Origin: a virus
Taxonomy: Duplodnaviria; Caudoviricetes
Direction: 5' to 3' (one strand)
IMG/VR virus record: IMGVR_UViG_3300025131_009312
Span: 1 to 61,871 of that record
Length of the DNA: 61,871 bases
Each line of letters starts with the position of its first letter. Within the stretch, counting starts at the first letter, position 1. Of this stretch, positions 18,898 to 26,243 are shown piece after piece. The position numbers and the translations under genes are program-made. The notes below the pieces were generated by a model, which was given only the letters and a program-made list of their open reading frames with translations, ran no database searches and was not told the DNA's origin.

Positions 18898-19781
18898 AAA
18901 AGATTAAAATAGCCCTTTGCTACTCCGGCGCGGTCCGGGGCCTCATCAACAATTTACCTCAGGTAAGAAAAGTTTTATTTAGCGACCCCGAAGTTGAGTA
19001 CGATGTAGATTATTATCTGTATGCCGACCCTAAGGGTGCATCCATTCGCGCTGAAGATATACAGCTTGGAGACCAAGAGCCCCAAGGACTAAAGGTGCAG
19101 CAAGAATTAGATTATTTTAAGTGCCTGTTCGAAGATGAGACGGGGGAGGATCACAATCAGCGTATGACTGAATTTGGGACGCGAATTAGGAATTATCATA
19201 TGCCCTATAAGGAGCAAGTGTTGCAGTGGTACGCTGTTAAGCGAGTTTTTGATTTCGTTTTCGACCAAGAAGAAACATATGATGTATATGTTAGATTACG
19301 TTGTGATATATTTCCGGCCGGCCGCCTAAAGTTTGATTGGAATCAATTTGATCAAAATACGGTGTATGTCCCTTTCAACTGTCCTTTCGGCGGGATCAAC
19401 GATAGATTCGCTTTTGGGAGCGCATCGACCATGAGAAAATATGCTAATTTTTATGGGACCGATATTTATTATGACGGAGATGACGTTGGCCCAGAGGTTA
19501 AGGCACGCGCCCAGGCCTGGTATGGCCGCAATTACGCTCATATCCCTACGGACAATTATGGCGGCGGCTCAAACAACTCGGAATATCGCATGCTTAATCA
19601 CTTATTGAGCGAGGGGCTTAACATTGAGCTTCTCCAAGGCCCTCCCGATGGTACAATTATCTGCTCCCCCCGTAACGCAGCCGGCATCATCCGTTACCCG
19701 GGCCCAGATTTAGAGGAGATGCTTCTGCGCCATGAAGATGCGACTCTGGATGAACTAAAATATGACAGGAAGTGGTGGTAA
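18894..19781 (+). CDS. Putative glycosyltransferase-like protein (WavE-like motif order)
   Basis: IALCYSGAVR, YDVYVRLRCD, INDRFAFG, NSE. Confidence 0.5.
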   Translation: MKKIKIALCYSGAVRGLINNLPQVRKVLFSDPEVEYDVDYYLYADPKGASIRAEDIQLGDQEPQGLKVQQELDYFKCLFEDETGEDHNQRMTEFGTRIRNYHMPYKEQVLQWYAVKRVFDFVFDQEETYDVYVRLRCDIFPAGRLKFDWNQFDQNTVYVPFNCPFGGINDRFAFGSASTMRKYANFYGTDIYYDGDDVGPEVKARAQAWYGRNYAHIPTDNYGGGSNNSEYRMLNHLLSEGLNIELLQGPPDGTIICSPRNAAGIIRYPGPDLEEMLLRHEDATLDELKYDRKWW

Positions 19782-20563
19782 TGAACAATAAGCTTTCGGA
19801 ATCTATATCCAATTGGCTTCTCGACTACTTGGATGCATCTGGTCTTTCCACTTTTATAGTGGGGATCTCCGGAGGTGTCGACTCAGCAGTTGTCTCAACT
19901 TTATGTGCCAACACGGGCCGCCCAGTAATCGTTCTAAACATTCCTATCCATTCGAAAGATAACAATACGGACCTCTCCCAAGCGCATTGCGACTGGCTTG
20001 TAGAGAACTATAAAAACGTAAGAGCAGAAACTGTAGATCTTACACCTGCTTACGATGCGTATGCCTCAACTGTTCTGTCTCATATAAACAAGAATGATTT
20101 AGCATTCGCCAATTCCAAATCGCGGTTGCGTATGGTTCTACTATATCAGTATGCCACCACGTTTCATGGCCTGGTGGTGGGGACCGGCAATAAAGTTGAA
20201 GATTTTGGAGTTGGGTTTTATACTAAATATGGTGATGGAGGAGTCGATCTAAGCCCGATCGCCGATCTGACTAAAACCGATGTCCGCGCGCTAGCCGAGA
20301 TTCTGAGAGTATCACAGGATATTTTAGATGCCCCTCCGACGGATGGGCTGTGGGAAGATAGTCGTACCGACGAGGCGCAAATCGGTGCCTCTTATGAAGA
20401 ATTAGAATGGGCTATGGCCTATATAGACAACGGCCTCGACGATGCTCTTACCGGCCGACAGGGCGAAGTATTAGATATTTTTCTGGGTTTTCGCAAGAAT
20501 AATTCCCACAAGATGCGTCCTATTCCCGTCTATCAATTAAAGGGTCCACAAAATGTTGATTGA
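19781..20563 (+). CDS. nadE: NH3-dependent NAD+ synthetase
   Basis: GISGGVDS P-loop, NSKSRLRM, VVGTGNKVE, GFYTKYGDGGVD, PPTDGL, DE.QIG.SY.ELE, HK; TAATG coupling gives ATG 19781. Confidence 0.92.
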   Translation: MNNKLSESISNWLLDYLDASGLSTFIVGISGGVDSAVVSTLCANTGRPVIVLNIPIHSKDNNTDLSQAHCDWLVENYKNVRAETVDLTPAYDAYASTVLSHINKNDLAFANSKSRLRMVLLYQYATTFHGLVVGTGNKVEDFGVGFYTKYGDGGVDLSPIADLTKTDVRALAEILRVSQDILDAPPTDGLWEDSRTDEAQIGASYEELEWAMAYIDNGLDDALTGRQGEVLDIFLGFRKNNSHKMRPIPVYQLKGPQNVD

Positions 20564-21368
20564 AAAGATTCAAAAATACTGGGACGATCGTCCGTGTAAT
20601 ATTCGTCATTCCGACAAAGATATTGATGCGGCTGAATATTCTGCCGAAGTAGAAAAACGCAAATACTTTGTAGAACCTCATATTCCTTCTTTTGCTGACT
20701 TTCCTAGGTGGCGAGATAAAGATGTTTTGGAAATAGGGTGTGGTATTGGAACTGATAGTATTAATTTTCACCGCGCCGGGTCAAATCTGACCATGATTGA
20801 ATTGTCTCAAAAAAGTCTGGACGTATGCTTGAGACGCTTTGCGGCTCTGGACCTAGAGGCACCGGCAAGTTATTTAGAGAATGCAGAAGATATGGATGAT
20901 TTCCTGCCGGATGATGCAAAATATGATTTAATTTATTCATTCGGCGTAATTCATCACACGGAATCACCAGAAAAGATAATTGCTGCAGCCAAAAAACGTT
21001 TAAAAAAAGATGGTGAATTACGCATAATGTTATATTCTAAATATAGTTTTAAGTTGTTTGATTTTATGCACCAGGAAAATGTTTGGGATCTGGGCCGTAC
21101 GGACGAGATTATTCAGTACTATGCTGAGGCACAACTAAATTGTCCAAGAGCACTAACTTATACTTTTGGTGAAATTAGAAAATTACTTAAAGATTTTGAT
21201 ATCATAGAAATGAAGAAGGATCACCTTTTTAAATATTCAATTCCCGAGTATATTAAAGGAGAATATGTAGTGGCAGACGCTTTTAAAAATATGGAGGATG
21301 CCGATTTTAAGGAAATGTGCGAAGAAGTGGGATGGCATACTTTGGTAAGGGCATCGTTAAAAAAATGA
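20553..21368 (+). CDS. Class I SAM-dependent methyltransferase
   Basis: VLEIGCGIGTD, YDLIYSFGVIHH, LKKDG. Confidence 0.88.
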   Translation: MLIEKIQKYWDDRPCNIRHSDKDIDAAEYSAEVEKRKYFVEPHIPSFADFPRWRDKDVLEIGCGIGTDSINFHRAGSNLTMIELSQKSLDVCLRRFAALDLEAPASYLENAEDMDDFLPDDAKYDLIYSFGVIHHTESPEKIIAAAKKRLKKDGELRIMLYSKYSFKLFDFMHQENVWDLGRTDEIIQYYAEAQLNCPRALTYTFGEIRKLLKDFDIIEMKKDHLFKYSIPEYIKGEYVVADAFKNMEDADFKEMCEEVGWHTLVRASLKK

Positions 21369-22468
21369 AAAATATTTCTGTTGTCGGCATTGGCAAGCTG
21401 GGCCTCGCATTCAGTTTAACCTTAGAAAAGGGGGGATACTCAGTGTGTGGGGTGGACATTGATAAAGAATATGTTCAGGCGCTTAATGATAAGACCTTTA
21501 TTTCCGAGGAGCCAGGTGTAACAGAATATTTGACGCAGGCTACCAATTTTGAGGCCACCACAAACCTGCAAGAAGCGGTGCTTCAATCGGATCTCTTATT
21601 TGTTATTGTTGCCACCCCGTCTCTACCCAACGGAAGGTACGATCACTCCCAGGTCGATAATTTAATAACGGCCCTTGAGGCTCTACCCCGCCATGGCCAA
21701 CACAAGCACTTTATTGTGTGCTGCACTACAATGCCCGGCTATTGTGAGGCTATCACTCCCCGCCTAAAAAACCTTAACTACACGGTGAGCTACAATCCAG
21801 AATTCATAGCGCAGGGAACAATCTTGAAAAATCAGGAGCAGCCCGATATGGTACTTATTGGTGAGGGCTCTGAGGCTGCCGGCGATATGTTGCAAGCAAT
21901 ATATGAAACCCATACTATTAATGCCCCTCGAATTTGTCGCATGACACCGACCGAAGCCGAACTAACAAAGCTCTCTCTCAATTGTTTTTTGACGACTAAG
22001 ATTGCATATGCAAACATGATTGGCGACATAGCACTCCGCAGCAGCTGCGACCCGGCTACTATATTAAATGCCATTGGCAGCGATAGCCGTATCGGAAATA
22101 AATACTTAGGATACGGCTTTGGTTATGGCGGCCCCTGTTTTCCAAGAGATAACCGGGCCCTAGCCCTTTATGCCGACGACTGTGGAGTGGAAGCATTAAT
22201 CAGCAAAGCATCAGATGAGAGCAATGCCCTTCACCTGGAATACCAGGTCGAAGAGTACATGAAAGAGAATACACCTAACGTACCCGTCCAGTTTGACTAC
22301 GTGACCTATAAACGGGCCTCTACTCTTTTGGTAGAGTCTCAACAGCTAGAATTTGCTAAAAAATTGGCAGAAAAGGGGTATAATATTATTATTAAAGAAA
22401 GAAGAACAGTTATAGACGAACTTAAGAGTCTATATGGAAACCTGTTTACTTACGTGGAGACAACATGA
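21365..22468 (+). CDS. UDP-glucose/GDP-mannose 6-dehydrogenase family
   Basis: VVGIGKLG, VATPS, YNPEF, AELTK, GYGGPCFPRD (catalytic Cys); ATGA overlap at 21365. Confidence 0.9.
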   Translation: MKNISVVGIGKLGLAFSLTLEKGGYSVCGVDIDKEYVQALNDKTFISEEPGVTEYLTQATNFEATTNLQEAVLQSDLLFVIVATPSLPNGRYDHSQVDNLITALEALPRHGQHKHFIVCCTTMPGYCEAITPRLKNLNYTVSYNPEFIAQGTILKNQEQPDMVLIGEGSEAAGDMLQAIYETHTINAPRICRMTPTEAELTKLSLNCFLTTKIAYANMIGDIALRSSCDPATILNAIGSDSRIGNKYLGYGFGYGGPCFPRDNRALALYADDCGVEALISKASDESNALHLEYQVEEYMKENTPNVPVQFDYVTYKRASTLLVESQQLEFAKKLAEKGYNIIIKERRTVIDELKSLYGNLFTYVETT

Positions 22469-23475
22469 AAAGAATATTAGTTTGTGGAGCCGGCGGATTT
22501 ATCGGTGGCGCAATGGTTAAGAGGCTAAAGGAGGAAGGACATTGGGTCCGCGGAGTGGACCTTAAGTATCATGAGTTTTTCGATGTCACGCAAGTGGCAG
22601 ATGAGTTCGTACAGGGCGATCTACGGGATCCTGCTCTATGTGACCAAGTGGTTACCGATGACCTGGACGAAATCTATCAGTTTGCTGCCGATATGGGCGG
22701 CGCCGGATTTGTTTTTACTGGGGAGAATGACGCTGATATCATGCATAATTCTGCGATGATCAATCTTAATATTGCCGAACAGTGTGTTCGCAAAGATGTG
22801 ACTCGCATTTTCTATTCATCGTCAGCCTGTATGTATCCTGAACACAATCAGATGGACCCAGACAATCCCAATTGCACCGAAGACTCTGCATACCCCGCAC
22901 AGCCCGACTCAGAGTACGGATGGGAGAAACTTTTCAGTGAGCGACTTTGGTTCGCTTTTGCTCGCAACTACGGTCTCACAGTTCGGGTTGCCCGATATCA
23001 TAATATCTTTGGTCCTGAGGGCACGTGGGACGGCGGCCGAGAAAAAGCCCCAGCAGCGTTCTGTAGAAAGGTCGCTGTGGCCTCTGAGAGCGCCGAGATT
23101 GAAGTTTGGGGCGATGGCGCACAAACTAGGTCGTTCCTCTACATAGACGAGTGTATAGAGGCTACTAGACGCCTTATGGACCATCCCACTTTCGAGGGCC
23201 CTGTAAACATCGGCTCTGAAGAAATGATCGCAATCAATAAATTTGCTGAGATGGCAATTGACATTTCCGGAAAGAGTCTTACAATTGATAACATCGATGG
23301 TCAAAGATTCAAAGACAAGTATGGATTTCCTACGCCTGTGGGTGTCCGCGGTCGTAATTCCGACAACGCTCTGATTCGTGAGATGCTGGATTGGGATTAC
23401 GAACAGCCATTGCGCCTAGGGATGGAAAAGACCTACAGCTGGATCGCAGATCAGGTAGAAAAACAGGGAGAATAG
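22465..23475 (+). CDS. GDP-mannose 3,5-epimerase-like SDR
   Basis: GAGGFIG, FAADMGGAGF, YSSSACMYP, PDSEYGWEK, GGREKAPAAFCRK, GVRGRNSDN. Confidence 0.85.
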   Translation: MKRILVCGAGGFIGGAMVKRLKEEGHWVRGVDLKYHEFFDVTQVADEFVQGDLRDPALCDQVVTDDLDEIYQFAADMGGAGFVFTGENDADIMHNSAMINLNIAEQCVRKDVTRIFYSSSACMYPEHNQMDPDNPNCTEDSAYPAQPDSEYGWEKLFSERLWFAFARNYGLTVRVARYHNIFGPEGTWDGGREKAPAAFCRKVAVASESAEIEVWGDGAQTRSFLYIDECIEATRRLMDHPTFEGPVNIGSEEMIAINKFAEMAIDISGKSLTIDNIDGQRFKDKYGFPTPVGVRGRNSDNALIREMLDWDYEQPLRLGMEKTYSWIADQVEKQGE

Positions 23476-23476
23476 A

Positions 23477-24334
23477 ATGACTAGCGCATTAGTAACTGGC
23501 GGCTGCGGCTTTGTGGGCAGCAACCTTGTGGACAAATTATTGGACCTCGGATACACAGTTACCGTGATAGACGACCTATCGTCTGGCAAAAAAGAGTATT
23601 GTCGAGAAGAGGTTACCTATTACTTTGACGATTTTAGGAAGGTGTTGACACAGGGCGCCCTAGAACCGAGCATCGATGTGATATTTCATATTGCCGCAGA
23701 AGCGCGAATTCAGCCCAGCTTTGAAGACCCTCTTTATACTTGTTTAAACAATAGTTATGGCACCGCTGTAGTGTGTGAATATGCCCGCCAGCATGACTGT
23801 AAGGTTGTTTACGCGGGGTCTAGTTCTTTTTATGGCGGCGTTTATCTTAACCCTTATGCATTTGCTAAGTGGCAAGGGGAAGAGGTTTGCAAGATGTACT
23901 CTGAAGTTTACGGAGTGAAGACAGGCGTCGCGCGATTCTTCAATGTTTATGGGCCTCGTAATCCTTTGATAGGACAATATACGCCTGTAGTTGCTATTTT
24001 TGAGGAACAAAGTAAGCACCCCGGGCCTCTAACTATTGTAGGAGATGGGGAACAACGCCGAGACTTTACCCATGTTTATGACATCTGCGGAGGCCTCATA
24101 GCCATTTCTCAGGGCACCTGGAGCGGTGATATCTTTAACCTAGGGACAGGAACCAATCATTCGATTAATGAATTAGCGGATATGTTCGGAGGAGAAAAGA
24201 AATATATTGCGCAACGGCCCGGTGAAGCCCGCATTACACTCGCGGATATATCAAAGACTACAGAGTTGACAGGGTGGGAGCCGTGTCATAATTTACACGA
24301 TTATGTGGAAGGAATAAAAAATGAAGTTAACTAA
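23477..24334 (+). CDS. NAD-dependent nucleotide-sugar epimerase/dehydratase (SDR)
   Basis: TGGCGFVG, YAFAK (YxxxK), RFFNVYGP, GDGEQRRDF. Confidence 0.9.
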   Translation: MTSALVTGGCGFVGSNLVDKLLDLGYTVTVIDDLSSGKKEYCREEVTYYFDDFRKVLTQGALEPSIDVIFHIAAEARIQPSFEDPLYTCLNNSYGTAVVCEYARQHDCKVVYAGSSSFYGGVYLNPYAFAKWQGEEVCKMYSEVYGVKTGVARFFNVYGPRNPLIGQYTPVVAIFEEQSKHPGPLTIVGDGEQRRDFTHVYDICGGLIAISQGTWSGDIFNLGTGTNHSINELADMFGGEKKYIAQRPGEARITLADISKTTELTGWEPCHNLHDYVEGIKNEVN

Positions 24335-24545
24335 CCAAGCAATTGGAGCTGTGATGATGGCTCTTCAAAAATCATTGATGGAACAGAGTGATATCGTTCC
24401 CATGCTTAAAGAAATGAACTTTCAAGTAGATACTGAAGATTCTTCGCAATCTACCTTGACAGTTACTAATCCACCGGTGGTTTCTTTAGAAGGAGTTACG
24501 CCGGAATTTACTATTGAAGAAGAGGAGGGAGATACAAATGCCTAG
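24321..24545 (+). CDS. Hypothetical phage protein (74 aa)
   Basis: AGGA upstream; overlaps both neighbours. Confidence 0.7.
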   Translation: MKLTNQAIGAVMMALQKSLMEQSDIVPMLKEMNFQVDTEDSSQSTLTVTNPPVVSLEGVTPEFTIEEEEGDTNA

Positions 24546-24717
24546 AACAACAAAAGCAGCGAGGACGACAGGTCCTACATACCTTACGCGCTCGGACGCA
24601 AAAGAAATGGTTGAATCCATTGTCCGCGAAGCAAGTCGCGAACTAGCAAGAGATATGGAAAAGCATCTTACGAGCATCCATAATCGATTGGTAGAAATAG
24701 AGCGCTCCTCGCGCTAA
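24538..24717 (+). CDS. Hypothetical protein (59 aa, helical)
   Basis: ATG 24538 after GAGGAGGGAG; track starts at 24514. Confidence 0.6.
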   Translation: MPRTTKAARTTGPTYLTRSDAKEMVESIVREASRELARDMEKHLTSIHNRLVEIERSSR

Positions 24718-24720
24718 TTC

Positions 24721-24966
24721 ATGCCGCGGTATATGTATCGGTGCGCCGACTGCAGTGAGCAATTCTGCGTCCAGCATTTGTCTAACGAGTCGGCCACCGA
24801 ATGCGCTCAATGCAAATCGAAGCGTATAAAAAAAATCTTAACCTCTTTTAGTACACCCGCTGCCGCGGCACCCAAATTTAGAGTGGGGCAGCGTACAGAA
24901 GAATTTATTAAGGAGGCACGCAATGATTTGCAACAGCAAAAGAGTGAGTTGGATAAAAAACGATGA
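24721..24966 (+). CDS. FmdB-family zinc-ribbon protein
   Basis: MPRYMYRCADC...ECAQC. Confidence 0.8.
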   Translation: MPRYMYRCADCSEQFCVQHLSNESATECAQCKSKRIKKILTSFSTPAAAAPKFRVGQRTEEFIKEARNDLQQQKSELDKKR

Positions 24967-25319
24967 GTAATGTTTTCATAATTTTAGTTATTTCGTTAAT
25001 GCTTAACGCAGGCCTTTTGTGGTATGGATCAGCTCTTATTAAAAAGCTGTTCTATGTGTCAGAGAATATAGCCGACCTGTACTTACTGTTGAGGTCATTT
25101 CAGTTATTTCTTAAAACCATGTACGGCATGGATTCATATCACGGCGAACCGATGATACAGGAACTTATAGTGAGAGTGCGGGAAGTATCTGATGAAGTAG
25201 AAAACTTTAGAGAGGTTTTCTCAATAGCACTCGACGAAGAATTGGAGGAAGAACTAGATGCAGCCGAAGAAGAAGCGCAGAGCCCGGAAGAAGAACCATT
25301 ATTTCACATCGGTACATGA
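24963..25319 (+). CDS. Membrane-anchored hypothetical protein with acidic tail
   Basis: N-terminal hydrophobic VFIILVISLMLNAGLLWY; Glu-rich C-terminus. Confidence 0.7.
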   Translation: MSNVFIILVISLMLNAGLLWYGSALIKKLFYVSENIADLYLLLRSFQLFLKTMYGMDSYHGEPMIQELIVRVREVSDEVENFREVFSIALDEELEEELDAAEEEAQSPEEEPLFHIGT

Positions 25320-25956
25320 AGAGGCGATAATAAAATATGCTAACACTGAGGACAGAGAATTACGGTCCAAGCTTTATATAGAATATATCCAGCCAGCATT
25401 TGACCAGATGGTGGATAAGATTATTTACACTTATCGATTCACCACGCTGCCTAATATTGATTATCTTAAAGATGACTGCAAAGTCTGGCTGACGACAATT
25501 TTAAATAAGTATGATCCCAGCAAAGGATCAAAAGCCTTTTCGTATTTCTCGGTAGTCACAAAGAACTGGTTTATTCATAAAGTAAAGAGAACCCAAAAGA
25601 GAAATAGAACAGAAGTCTTCATGGAAGACATGCTGAATCAGCTTGAGGAAGACCTGGTCTCGGGAGAACCTACATATTTTGAAAAAAGATCCGAGATGGA
25701 GTTCTGGGGCTCTCTCAATCACGAGATAGACACCTGGAATTCGTTTATGTTAAAGGAAAACGAGAAAAAAGTCTTGATGGCCGTTAGAATTTTGCTCGAC
25801 TCTGCGGATACAATTGAAATTTTTAATAAAAAAGCTATTTATTTATACCTACGAGAAATTACCGGCTTGAATACCAAACAGGTCGTCAATAACTTGAACA
25901 AGCTAAGGAAGCGATATAGGGTGTTTAAAGACAAATGGGAAAACGGACAAATCTAA
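25258..25956 (+). CDS. Phage RNA polymerase sigma factor (gp55-like, sigma70 region 2)
   Basis: KKNHYFT start; LNKYDPSKGSKAFSYFSVVTKNWF matches region 2.3-2.4; C-terminal helix-turn-helix-like LREITGLNTKQVVNNL. Confidence 0.75.
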   Translation: MQPKKKRRARKKNHYFTSVHEEAIIKYANTEDRELRSKLYIEYIQPAFDQMVDKIIYTYRFTTLPNIDYLKDDCKVWLTTILNKYDPSKGSKAFSYFSVVTKNWFIHKVKRTQKRNRTEVFMEDMLNQLEEDLVSGEPTYFEKRSEMEFWGSLNHEIDTWNSFMLKENEKKVLMAVRILLDSADTIEIFNKKAIYLYLREITGLNTKQVVNNLNKLRKRYRVFKDKWENGQI

Positions 25957-26243
25957 CGTTAAATGATTATCTAGAAGAAACGACTACAAATATCCGCGAA
26001 GACCGCGCGATGGCCAAGTCGCTTCTTATGGATGCCATCAATGACATGAAAGTTTCCGACGCATCTCGCAAGGAGCTAGGGCCCATTGCAGCCAAATACG
26101 TAGAAAACCTTCAGCGCTCCAATGAGCAGATGGTTAAATTGGCTGCACTCCTCCAAAAACAAAAGCATACCCAGATAGGACTTTCGGCCGATGACAAGGA
26201 TCAACTCTTTGATCTCTTAAACGACCACAAGGACGAGGAGTAA
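25935..26243 (+). CDS. Hypothetical helical protein (102 aa)
   Basis: ORF overlapping the sigma gene and abutting the next gene. Confidence 0.75.
   Translation: MGKRTNLTLNDYLEETTTNIREDRAMAKSLLMDAINDMKVSDASRKELGPIAAKYVENLQRSNEQMVKLAALLQKQKHTQIGLSADDKDQLFDLLNDHKDEE

Noticed and set aside
1955-24334. Reading the region as a bacterial chromosomal LPS/capsule locus
   Set aside because: It is contiguous and co-oriented with phage genes on both sides and lacks export and polymerase genes. A chimeric assembly cannot be fully excluded without reads.
25258-25293. SV40-like nuclear localisation signal PKKKRR, suggesting a eukaryotic giant virus
   Set aside because: The protein is a bacterial-type sigma factor. 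Shine-Dalgarno sites, overlapping genes, a peptidoglycan peptidase and a contractile baseplate indicate a bacteriophage.
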